Source of the DNA: Octopus vulgaris
Taxonomy: Eukaryota
DNA: 64,000 nucleotides
Direction of reading: 5' to 3'
Assembly: GCA_951406725.2 (NCBI GenBank)
Contig: OX597814.1
Span: 107,384,001 to 107,448,000 of the forward strand
Position numbers and translations under genes: made by a program. The notes beneath the pieces are model-generated. The model worked only from the letters and a program-made list of their open reading frames with translations. It did no database searches and was not told where the DNA came from. Each line of letters starts with the position of its first letter. Position 1 is the first letter of the stretch. Positions 38,957-51,099 of this stretch are shown piece after piece.

Positions 38957-39665
38957 AAAAAAATGCTACTATAATACGCTTTGTCACTGTCCATACAATG
39001 AATTTGTGTTGCAGTGAATTTTCCAGATTCAGAAAGCAGCAAATCTGGCAGAATTATTAATGTTGGATAAAATGCTGAGCAACGTTTCTTCCAGCTGTTT
39101 CTATTCCAAGTTCAAATTCCACGAAGGTCAACTCTGCCTTTCATCCCTTTGGACTTGATGAAAGATGTTTTGCAGTTGAGCACTTTTGGGGTGATGTAAT
39201 CAACTTTGCCCTCAGAATTGTTGGCCTTCAACTTGAATCTGAAATTAGGATTCTTTTTATGAACTTAATTGATTAAACAAAGTTATTGCCAGCAGATGTC
39301 ACTAGTGTCAGCTTGCAAGATTGATCATGTGACTGACAGTGGATGTAGGAGGAGAGGGTGGAGGAAACAGCAGGAAAACTAGCAAAGTCAGTCGAGATTG
39401 AATTATACCATTGAAGACCCAAATAATGATTATTTACAATAAAGTTGGGTTTTTTTAGTCAATCTGTGAAATATGATATCACATAAGATTACAAGCTGTG
39501 AGTTTATAACAATAAAAATATGCAGGAGTGGGTGTGTAATTGAGAAGATCATAGGTTCAATCCCATTGAAAGGTAACTCGAGAAAGTGTGTTGTACAACA
39601 GCCACAGGCTGACCAAAGCCTTGTGAGTGGATTTCATAGATGGAAACTGAAAGAAACCAGTCGTG

Positions 39666-39725
<60 letters not shown>

Positions 39726-41802
39726 CACAGGGGCAAGAGTGGCTGTGTGGTAAGAAGCTTGCTTACCAACCACATGGTTCCGGGTTCAGTCCCACTGCAT
39801 GGCACCTTGGGCAAGTGTCTTCTACTATAGCCTCGGGCTGACCAAAGCGTTATGAGTGGATTTGTTTGTGTGTCTGTGTTTGACCCTCCTCCCAACATCA
39901 CTTGACAACCAATGCTGGTGTGTTTACGCCCCCGTAACTTAGCGGTTCGGCAAAAGAAACCAATAGAATAAGTACTAGGCTTACAAAGAATATATGTCTT
40001 GGGGTCGAGTTGCTCAACTAAAGGCAGTGCTCCATCATGGCCACAGTCAAATGACTGAAACAAGTAAAAGAGGGCAAACAATTAGCGAGAAAAAATATAA
40101 ATTCTGGGAAATTACTTTGCTAAGATATTATTGATTTTGTTATCATCTGGAATGACTATTTTAAAAAATGAAATAGCAGAATTAATAATATAGGCGATCG
40201 CAGGCCAAAGAAGAACATTAAATAGCTGAAGGATTAAAATTAAAATTCATCAAAGGACGTACTAAGTATGTCTCCTTGCTGGAAATAACAGTCAAAACTC
40301 TTATTTAAATCACCAAAAATACACTGATGGTAACTACAGAAATCAGCCGAAAGCAGATTAGGTTAATAAAATCTCTTAACGTACACTTAAGTATAACGAC
40401 TCACGTGGACCGATTTCCGTACTGGCAAAATAATAAATAAATAAATTAAATTAAGTTAAATTACCTCAACATCTTCAGCATGTGTTACCAAGAAGAGATA
40501 ACCCTAACTACCCGTATTGCAATCTGAGCTGAAGACATTGAGGTAATTTAATTTAAATTAATTTATTTATTTTGCCAGTGCAGAAACCACTCACAAGGCT
40601 TTGGTCGGCCTGAGGCTACATTAGAAGATACTTGCCCAAGGTGCCACAAATATATATATATAGGCGTAGGAGTGGCTGTGTGGTAAGTAGCTTGCTTACC
40701 AACCACTGCGTGGCACCTTGGGCAAGTGTCTTCTAATGTAGCCTCGGGCCGATCAGAGCCTTGTGAGTGGATTTGGTAGACGAAAACTGAAAGAAGCCCG
40801 TCGTGTATATATATACATATATGTACGTGTGTGTATATGTTTGTGTGTCTGTGTTTGTTCCCCCAACATCACTTGATGCTGGTGTGTTTACGTCCCCATA
40901 ACTTAGCGGTTCGGCAAAGGAGACCAATAGAATAAGTACTAGGCCTACAAAGAATAAGTCCTGGGGTCGATTTGTTCGACTAAAGGCGGTGCTCCAGCAT
41001 GGCCACAGTCAAATGACTGAAACAAGTAAAAGAGTATATATATATATGTATATATAGTAATATATAATTGCCAATGCAGTGTGGCGTCTTATAAAGGAGA
41101 GTGCTACTGATGTTTATAGACCCAGGAACACATCTCTTCCAGCTGGCTAACGACATACGTTCTGTATTCGATTAGTATTTGCGAGGGGAATTCATCGCTC
41201 CCATCTCTAGCCTTGACGTGATACACACAGACTCGAGTTTCTGGGTGGCTACCCGTCCTCAGTGTGTGTTAATCACCAGCTTGTGATGAAAATGCATTCC
41301 ACTTGCAAAATACTCTATGCTTTTTCTAGTGACAAACTGTTGCTGACCTCAAAAAAGGGGAAATAAGCTATATTAAATCTGTGCGAGATATAATCAGAAG
41401 CATACAGAACCATAACATATAATTGCCAACCAAGTGTGGCATCCTATATATATATATATCATCATCATCATTATCATTTAACGTCTGTTTTCCATGCTGG
41501 CATGGACTGGACAATTTGACTGAGGTCTGGAAAGCCAGTAGCTGCACTAGGCTCTGATCTGATCTGGCAATGTTTCTACAGTTGGATGCCCTTTCTAACG
41601 CCAACCACTCCAAGAGTGTAGTGGGCGGTTTTTACATTCCACTGGCACAGGAGCCAGTCAGGCGGGCCTGGCGTCAACCATGTTCAAATAGTGCTTTTTA
41701 CGTGCCACCAGCATGGGGGCCAGACAGTGGGGTACTGGCATCGGCCACGTTTGGATGGTTCTTTCTACATGCCATCGGCACAGGAGTCAGTCAGGCAGAC
41801 CT

Positions 41803-41962
41803 GGCATTGACCACATTTGGATGGGGCTTTTTTATGTGTCATTGGCACAGGAGCCAGTCAGGGGACACTGGCCACAGCTATGATGTTGGTTTTACTTGAA
41901 TCAACAGGTCTTCTCAAGCATATCATATCGCCTGATGTGCATATATATATATATATATACAT

Positions 41963-41996
<34 letters not shown>

Positions 41997-42119
41997 GAGA
42001 TAGGGGTTGTAAATTCAACCCTCCATGGGATAACATATATCCAATATACTGCTAGAGAGGTACCCAACAAGACTAATACATAAATGTTAAAAATTGCGGT
42101 GCAATTAATTCATCCACTG

Positions 42120-42159
<40 letters not shown>

Positions 42160-42166
42160 GTGTGTG

Positions 42167-42204
<38 letters not shown>

Positions 42205-42337
42205 TCAGGCGATATGATATGCTTGAGAAGATCTGTTGATTCAGGTAAAACCAACATCATAGCTGTGGCCAGTGTCCCCTGACTGGCTCCTATGCCAATG
42301 GCACATAAAAAAGCCCCATCCAAATGTGGTCAATGCC
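41803..42337. repeat. Local inverted duplication, arms ~41803-41996 and ~42123-42337
   Basis: Near-identical reverse-complement arms that include copy-specific SINE variants and the adjacent microsatellite. Confidence 0.92.
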
Positions 42338-42442
42338 TTGTTTTGTTGAATTTTCTGCTGCTTTAAATAAAGCATATTACTCTACCACTGGTATTTGAGT
42401 ACTCTTTTTTTCCACCTTGTTTCACATTTATGTGTTTACTCC

Positions 42443-42484
<42 letters not shown>

Positions 42485-43929
42485 TCTGTGTGTGTGTTTC
42501 CCTCCATCACCACTTGACAACCGGTGTTGGTGTGTTTACGTCCCTATAACTTAGTGGTTTGGCAAAAGAGAAACTGCCTCTGGCTCTGTGTACAAATGTC
42601 TTGTCTTCATCAGTTTTGAATTAATATCTTCCACCAAACCTTAGTCACAATTTATGTTCCTAACACTAGCTTAATGATAACTAAGTTATTTTACTAAATT
42701 CTTTGTTATATTTAAAATGAATTGAAAGAAACACAGAGCATCTCAAAATATATACAGTAACAAAAGGGTTAAAGGATGGTGATGACGACAATGATGTCAG
42801 TGCCTTTGTTTCCTTGAATCAACTTTGTGTGTGTGAGGAGGGGTGTCATTGCCTGTCTGTTTAAGTATGCCTCATGGCTTTACTTGCTTCCTCAGATGGT
42901 ACAGATCAGATTTCAAGGATTATGGAATGCATTTCACTTCTCATTAAGCTCACCCTTGCCCACCACGCAGGCACAAAACACAAATCCTTTTATGGGTTTC
43001 AGTCGTTTCGCTGTGACCATGCTGGAGCACTGCCTTAAAGGGTTTTAGTCGAAGAAGAAATCAACTCTGGGACTTATTCTTTGTAAGCCTAGTACTTATT
43101 CTATTGGTCTCTTTTTGCCAAACCTCTAGGTTACAGGGACATAAACACACCAACATTGGTTGTCAAGTGATGGGAGGGGGGGCAAACACAGACACATAAA
43201 TATATATATCGATCGTGACCGTTGCCAGCCTACCCTGGCACCTAAAAAGCCCCATCCGTATGTGGCTGATGCCAGCGCCGCCTTGACTGGCTTCCATGTT
43301 GGTGGCACGTAAAAAGCATCAACGGATCATGGCCGATGCCAGCCTCCCCTGGCACGTAAAAAGCACTCATTACACTCTTGGAGTGGTTGGCGTTAGGAAG
43401 GGTATCCAGCTGTAGAAACACTGCCAGATCAAGACTGGAGCCTGGTGCAGCGTCCTGGCTTCCCAGACCCAGGTCAAACCGTCCAACCCATGCTAGCATG
43501 GAAAACGGATGTTAAACAATGATGATGATGATATATATATATATACAGGCTTCTTTCAGTTTCTGTCTACCAAATCCACTCACAAGACTTAGGTTGACCC
43601 AAGGCTATAGTAGAAGACACTTGTCCAAGGTGCCACACAGTGGGACTGAGCCTGGATCCATGTACTTGGGAACCAAGCTTCTTACCACACAGCCACACCT
43701 GTGCCTGAAACACTTGTGTATGTTTACTTATTTTACATACACACTGATGTATTATTAACCAACTTAAAGGTCAATAATTATTTTCTTCTTTGTGGTGGCG
43801 GTAGTCCAACATGTTCCATGCAGTGTCTGATTTCCATTTTGTTTGTGGACCAGTTAGATGTCAAGATGCTTGTATGTGTATACTGAGATGCGTTTGTATC
43901 AGTTACATACATAAATGTGGTGACATATA

Positions 43930-44310
43930 GCTTTTCTACTCTTGGGACAAGGCCCGAAATTTTGGGGAAGAGGGCCAGTCAATTACACTGACCCCAGTAT
44001 GCAACTGATACTTAATTTATTGACTCTGAAAAGATGAAAGGCAAAGTTGACCTCGGCAGAATTTGAACTCTGAATGTAAAGACAGACGAAATATCTATTT
44101 CTTTACTACCCACAAGGGGCTAAACATAGAGGGGACAAACAAGGACAGACAAACGGATTAAGTCGATTATATCGACCCCAGTGCGTAACTGGTACTTATT
44201 TAATCGCAAAGTCGACCTCGGCGGAATTTGAACTCAGAACGTAACCACAGACGAAATACGGCTATGCATTTCGCCCCAGTGTGCTAATGTTTCTGCCAGC
44301 TTGCCGCCCT
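43930..44310 (-). mobile_element. Two adjacent tRNA-derived SINE family 3 copies with Deu/Nin-like core
   Basis: Head GGCGGCAAGCTGGCAGAAAC..GAGTTCAAATTCCGCC and core GACTTTGCCTTTCATCCTTTC..GTCGATAAATTAAGTAC. Other copies at ~12263-12452, 38260-38390, 39040-39230 (+) and 56832-56990 (-). Confidence 0.8.
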
Positions 44311-44610
44311 AAAGTGATGATATATACCAGCAACACAATGGCCTGCATATCTATGTGAATTCTCAAATGATCTTAAGATAACTTGTAGTATTTTTTTTTT
44401 TGTGGCAGGTAGTAGTGGTGGTGGAGGGGTTGTTACATTCTAACTGTGATTTCTTAAAATTACTGTTAGAATGTAATACACTATTCACTTTCCTGACTTT
44501 TCTACATAATTCTATGTACTGTACTCACACCTTTGATAAGTTATGGTGCACCTGAGCACCAGACACAATAATTTCATTATTATTGTTATTATTTAAATCT
44601 CAGAATTTCA

Positions 44611-44902
44611 CAGTTCTATATTTAAGAGATGAGGGATTATGTACATTATTTACATTTGATGGATATTTGTCCATCTTGTTTGTTGTTAACACAACATTTC
44701 GACTGATATACCCTCCAGCCATCATCAAGTGTCTTGGGGAAATTTAAAACCTGGGCTTTCACTCCTAAGGTATTTTTCGATGTTGTTGTTAATATTATTA
44801 TTACTATTTAGATCACTGCTTGGAATTGAACTTGGAATCTTGGGGTTAGTAGCTCGTGCTCTTAACCACTACGCCATATGCCCATGGGCATATGGTATAG
44901 TG
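44611..44902 (-). mobile_element. Family A full-length copy (degenerate hammerhead) abutting a short inverted head
   Basis: Minus copy ends ...CCACTACGCCATATGCCC, followed by AT and GGGCATATGGTATAGTG. This defines the 5' end as GGGCATATGGCGTAGTGGTTAAGAGC. Confidence 0.8.
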
Positions 44903-45418
44903 TAAATAATGATAATGAGGCTCCCTGCAAAATCATTGAAGTCAATAATTGAAATATGAAAGAGAGTCAGCCAAATTGTTACAACCTGCCTTTGCTTTGG
45001 ATACTGACCCACCTCAGACTGACCTTGGTTTATGATCCAAATTTCCTCTTTCAAAACCAGCTAAATAAAAGCCTCCTATCACAATTTCATGTGAAGGCAT
45101 GTGGCCTAGTGGTTAGGGGTATTGCACTCACTATTGTGAGATCAGGAGTTCAATTCCTAGACCAGCAGTGTATTGTGTTCTTGAGCAAAACACTTCACTT
45201 TGCTCCAGTTCACTCAGCTGTAAACGTGTCACCCTGCGACAGACAAACCTTCTGATCAGAGGGAATGTTGGCCTACTCAACCAGCCAGTGGGGTAGCATC
45301 ATTTGTGAAATGCATTCTGACTGGTGATGTATAACCATCATCCAATAGTCTGGTCAATCATGTGGTCACAATTTCACTTTTCCTAACACCAGTTAAATAA
45401 AGTGATTGTATGTTATTT

Positions 45419-45625
45419 AACTTAATGTGACAGTCCCATGAAAGGGAAGAATGCTACTGTTATTTAGCCCTAGGAAACACCATTTCCTGTTGGACTTGAC
45501 ACATTTCCTGTGCCTTTATGAATTCAAAGAGAAGATAAGCACCTCCACCCAGCAAAGCCAACAGTGTTTCCTAGGGCTAAATAACAGTAGCATTCTTCCC
45601 TTTCATGGGACTGTCACATTAAGTT
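45419..45625. repeat. Perfect 62-bp inverted repeat with 83-bp spacer
   Basis: 45419-45480 is the exact reverse complement of 45564-45625. Confidence 0.92.
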
Positions 45626-46428
45626 GACAACATACTATCACCTTATCGTGCTGCTTCTGCATAAATCTCTCTGAGAGATTTCGAAATGTATTATTTCTAT
45701 TACCAGTTAAATAATCACAATTATTTCATCAAATTCTTCATTATTTTCAAAGGAAGGCAATGTATTTCAACAGGAATATGATAAGAAAAGGATTCTTCAT
45801 CTGTGGAACATCACGCAAACCAACAAATGTTTAAGGGCTGTAAAGGCCTTGCAAGAAATAGCAGTCTTCGACTTTCTCTCAAATATCTCCAATTAGATAG
45901 AATATAAGGATTATAGTAATGACTAATCCACTAATGATATAGTAAAACTAAAGACTACATTCACCTGAAGGAAACTGAGGAGAATCCCAGCTCACTAAAA
46001 CATCAACAACTGAGTCTACTTTCCACACACACACACACGTGTGTGTGTTCCTCAGTTCTCTTGCAGTGTACAGTGGTAACGATAGGATTTTTTATTCTTC
46101 CATCCCTAGGAGAAACCAACAAGTTTACTCTATGCGGTTACTTGACTTACAAGAAATAGTAGCCTTCAGCCTTCTCCCAAATCATTGTCATTTAATGTCT
46201 GTTTTCCATGCTGGCATAGGTTGAACAGTTTCACAGGAGCTGGTCAGACTCCAGTTGCCTGTTGTGGCATGGTGTCTACAGCTGGATGCCCTCCCTCATG
46301 CCAATCACTTTACAGAGTCCAATGAGTGCTTTTTACGTGGCACCACAACTCTTAAAATTGTTTCACTCTCAACTCAAATATTGGTAACTGACAATAGATC
46401 TCATTGAACAGTTAAAGTCTTCACAGCA

Positions 46429-46994
46429 TTGAATGGTACAACAATGCACTATAATACAGACAATGGACTATATACCTGTTGTAATTTAGTCATCCATAGT
46501 CTGATATGATATTTCAGAATAAAATTCCTTCTTCAGATATTCTTAGATGGAGTCGCTGCCATAATCGGTTTTCCAACAATCCATTGGAAAACTGATTACA
46601 GCAGTGACTCCATCAATTCCTAGGGATATCTGAAGAAGGAATTTTTATATTCCGAAATATATCAGACTATGGATGACTCAATTACAACAGGTATATAGCA
46701 CATTGTCTGTATTATAGTGCATTGTTGTACCATTCAAAACATTTTTATTCTTTACAAACAATATACAATGCTTCAAGCAAACTACAATACTCTCCTATCT
46801 CTACGCCTGGGCCAGGCCAAGTTCGCAACCACTAGGGATCTGAAGAAGGAATTTTATTCCAAAATATTATCAGACTAAATTGCAACAGTTATTATAGCCC
46901 ATTGTCTGTATTATAGTGCATTGTTGTACCATTCAAAACCTTTTATTCTTTACAAACAATACACAATGCTTCAAGCGACCTACAATACTCTCCT
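46429..46994. mobile_element. Penelope-like terminal repeat cluster (family B): inverted pair plus tandem copy, each with a hammerhead-like core
   Basis: Palindrome 46429-46576/46584-46737; direct copies 46620-46796 and 46833-46994. Consensus GATAT-CTGAAGA-A-GGAAT ttt ATTCC-GAAA-TA-TC-ATATC. Confidence 0.7.
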
Positions 46995-47627
46995 GCCTTC
47001 AGAGCACATGTCGTACCAATACCACTCCATCCAGAAATAGTGATCTTCTTAAATTCCACCAAACAAGTGACCACATGGGAGCTGATTTTACTCTGGGAAG
47101 AACAAATGGAGGAAGTTGGTGAGAGAAAGCTTGCTTAATACGAGGAGCTGGTGGAGCAGTGCAGAAACGAGGGCTGACACATCGCAAAGCAATTGAAGCA
47201 AGCTCTGGGGTTTTGTGGGGAAGTCACTCTACAAGGCTCTGATTGTGCTTAGAGTTTCTATTGCAGCAAAGAGTGCCATAAATTCCATCAGCAAAGCTTC
47301 AGAGAAGGTCCACTAGGTGGCTTTAAAGCAGGAGTCTCCAAAGTGGTCAATACTGATTCCTGGGGGTCGATGGAACTATTCAAGGGGTTGGTAAATGCCT
47401 GGAAACTGCACTTCTACTTATTATTATTACTTTTTTTTTTCTTGTACATGCTTGGGGCTTGATGATCTCAAAAGTTTGGGGACAGCTGCTTTAAAAAGAG
47501 AAGACAGTGGTTTGTTGTTAGTGAGATGCATGAAGGGGTTTGATCCACCCCAGTTGGATCAAGTTGGAGAGGGAGCCTAATGTTAAAAAAGACCCCAGAA
47601 ACATCACTAATGATGTATCTCAGAGAT
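46995..47627 (+). mobile_element. HERO/NeSL-type non-LTR retrotransposon 3' remnant (restriction-like endonuclease plus 3'UTR)
   Basis: Broken frames give TWELILLWEEQMEEVGERKLA*YEELVEQCRNEG..IEA..GFVGKSLYKAL..SAINSISKASEK..RWL, resembling the ELTVPWEE..ERK..KY / EVGCRGF motifs. Confidence 0.7.
47329..47488. mobile_element. hAT (Charlie-like) MITE nested in the HERO remnant
   Basis: TIRs CAGGAGTCTCCAAA / TTTGGGGACAGCTG; 8-bp TSD CTTTAAAG/CTTTAAAA. Confidence 0.75.
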
Positions 47628-49642
47628 CATCATCATCATCATCATCGTTTAATGTCTGCTTTCCATGCTAGCATGGATTGGACGATTTGACTGAGGGCTT
47701 GCGAACCAGATGGCTGCACCAGGCTCCAATCTTGATCTGGCAGAGTTTCTACAGCTGGATGCCCTTCCTAATGCCAACCACTCTGAGGAAGGGCATCCAG
47801 CTGTAGATCTTGGAATTGGAAGTATGTTTTAACACAGAAGCTGGAATGGAATTTGATGTCTTTGAAATGCTCTCATACAATGAACACTGCATTAATAATA
47901 ATAATGAAAAAAAAGATACAATTGTTTTGTTGCAAATACTGACTAAATGGTGGGAAAAGAAATAAAGAACAAGTCTGGTAGGTAAGTGTCAAGGTTCTTT
48001 ATTGCAATATCTCTCTACAAGATTCATCCAAATTGCTCCAAAGCTGTACAAAATTCTTTCACCCTTTTGATGCCAACCTACCTGAGACAGTTCCTGGTTC
48101 TATGCTACATACTTCCTGTTTAAAATGATTCAAATTTAAAATTTCCATTAAAATTTCATGTTAATCTATGTTCCAAAATCCCAATTTAAAAATGATGAAG
48201 TAATTTTACTAAATTCTTCATCATTGTTTTCAAAATTAATTGAAACAATGTTAGTGCCAACGAAAATATGGTAATAAAAAAACCATAACCCGTGGCCTTT
48301 ACCTGGGATGTAGCCAGTCCACTTACACATAACTTTCCTTCTTGGGAAGACCTGTTAAGGCAAGTGAAATCGAAATCGATCAAAAATCAATGGAAATTGT
48401 AGGTGTAATACCAGTGCCGGTGACACGTAAAAGAATCATCCGAATGTGGCTGTTGCCAGCGCTGCCTTGACTGGCCTCCATACCGGTGGCATGTAAAAAT
48501 CACCAACCAATCATAGCCATTGCCAGCCTTCCCTGGCACCTGTGCCGGTGGCACGTAAAAAGCACCCACTACACTCATGGAGTGGTTGGCGTTAGGAAGG
48601 GCATCCAGCTGTAGAAACACTGCCAGATCAGAGCCTGGTGCAGCTACTGGCTTTCCAGACCTCAGTCAAATTGTCCAGTCCATGCCAGCATGGAAAGCAG
48701 ACGTTGAACGATGATAATGATGATGATGATGAAGAAGAGGGTTACGGTGATTTAAATTAAAACCATCTTCCACCAACATTTCACATTAATTTAGGTTCCA
48801 AACACCAGCTTAATTAGGACAAAGTTATTTTACTAAATTCTTCATAATTTTCAGAATTAATTGAAACAAAGACAATGCATTTCAACAGAAATATGGTAAC
48901 AAAAGTGTTACCTTCCTCAAACCTTTATTCAAGTCCATGGCTAAATTTTCCAGATAAACCTCAAAGCCAACAGCACTCAGTAAATCTCTCCAACTTGCCA
49001 TGCTTCGACCACAGGAACGCTACAAAATTCTGCTTTTATGAAAATTTTATTCATAAGCCGACCCCAACCCCCAACCCCCCCAAAAAACTCAACTAATTTT
49101 AAAAATTTCAGTTCGGTAAATATTAGAACCGTCACTCTCAACGATTTTGTATCTTAACAAAACAGCGAAATCTGAGTTGGTCAACCCGATGTCAGAGTTA
49201 CCTCCCTTGTCCCAGTATTTAAATATTTGCCGTTAACTAATTCTGTCTTTTTCTCGTCATATAATAATTATTATTATTATTACTGTTAATTAGCATTAAA
49301 AATGCTCGTTGTATTAAATATGTTATTTCTACCTTCATTATTGTTTTCATACAGATGACATCGCTGATTGATTCATTTTTCATTATATATATATAAATTT
49401 CAGTTACAACTGTGATGTTGTTGGTAAAACATCTTTATCTATCTCCTTATCCTCTTGGTGATTTTGGATAAAAAGAAAACTATACGAATTAATCCTTCGA
49501 TTTTAACTAAATTCTATACTTTTATACAGCTGAAGATTGCTCTACATTTTAAATTGATGTAATGTTTGCATTGTTCAATTAAATAGAGTCGCATGAATCA
49601 ATCGTACTGCATTACCTCTGGATATCCTTGTTGCGTATTTTG

Positions 49643-49678
<36 letters not shown>

Positions 49679-50464
49679 TATACATAGTGATTCTCAACCA
49701 ATTTTTTTACCTATGGACCCTTTTGGGTACTATTTATCCTGGTGGACCCTCATAGGCATTCCATGTTTCAAAACTAGCTTTATAGATACTTCTTTCAAAA
49801 TTCCTATTTCGTTTTTGCTCCCATATTCACTTGTATGGGTTTGCAATAACACTCTCTGAGAGACACATGTTTCAGTGGCCGGAAACCTTAAATTCTGTAA
49901 AACATCAGAGAAAGAAACCAAACTGTCTTTTGCAATAAATATATTAAAAAATGGACCCTTCAAATACTACCGAGGATCCCCAATTTACTATTTTGCTTGT
50001 GTAGACCCCAAAAGATCTAATACGGACCCTAGTTGGGAACCATTCATCTAAATCAATCTATCTCTGAGAGGGCTTTTCCCCTTCAAACACAATTCTACAT
50101 TTCATTGGTGTTTGCCATATAGAGAAATGCTTCCCTAAATAAAATTGCACTTCAGTTTTTGGAGCTGCAAAGAAGTTATAAGCTGGCCTCCTTCCCACAC
50201 AAAGTAAATCAATCAGAGTCTCCCTGATGTTCAAACCACTGGAATAAGTTGAGTATTATTTGTTTATAAGGTGGCTACCTGGCCCCTAAATGACAAATGC
50301 CAAGCTCCTTGGGTTAGCACAACTAATAATCATTGATTTTGTTGATAAAATTCGATTATTGTCTCATGGGGAATAGATGAAGTTTGGCAACAGGAAGAGC
50401 ATCAGACTACAGAAAACCTACCTCCACAACTCCATCAGACCCATGCAAATGCACATCTCCTTAA

Positions 50465-50683
50465 CCCTTTAGTATTTAAACCGGCCATATCCGGCCAAAA
50501 TATTTAATCTGTTTTATGTTCAAACTGACCAGATCCAGGCTTTCACACCTACCCTACAATGTTATTCTACATTAGGTAATTACACCATCAACATCTTGAA
50601 AATATGAGATAATGCATGATTAATTCAAATCAATGGGAATCAATTAGCATTATGTTTGATAGAATAATCAGAACACTAAAGGG
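50465..50683. mobile_element. piggyBac-like MITE
   Basis: TTAA|CCCTTTAG...CTAAAGGG|TTAA. Confidence 0.8.
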
Positions 50684-50710
50684 TTAACTCCATAATCTCT
50701 CCTGACCTAC

Positions 50711-50828
50711 CTTTTATCTCACCGATTTTAGATGGTGGCAGCCATAAATATGTTGGCCTGATAGGAAAAGCTGGGATAGGGGAAAGTTTCTGCAGGGAAT
50801 TCCATTGGTTTGTACTCATCTTCTGCAC
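50711..50828 (-). other. Candidate exon of an unidentified minus-strand transcript
   Basis: Strong acceptor ttttattttattttttgttcctttcAG|GTG; donors AAG|GTAGGT (50711) or TCG|GTGAGA (50723). Non-repetitive; product not recognised. Confidence 0.4.
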
Positions 50829-51099
50829 CTGAAAGGAACAAAAAATAAAATAAAATAAGTGCACTTCATTGATGATGAAGATTCAAACTCAAGATTGTTT
50901 CTGCCTTAATTGATTTCCTTTAATTCTTCCGAAATACTTACAGACAGGTATGACTATGGTTAGCGTTTGTCTTAAATGCCTAAGTCAAGCTTTGTGAGTG
51001 GACTTGGTAGATGAAAACTGATACAAGAGTGTGTGTGTTGAGTATTTATGTGTGAAATCAGCTGATTGCTTATTAATCTGGTGGCCACACAAAACAGAT

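Noticed and set aside
45425-45475. Twister-ribozyme-like GTCCCA motif
   Set aside because: The required P1/P2/P4 stems and pseudoknots could not be built.
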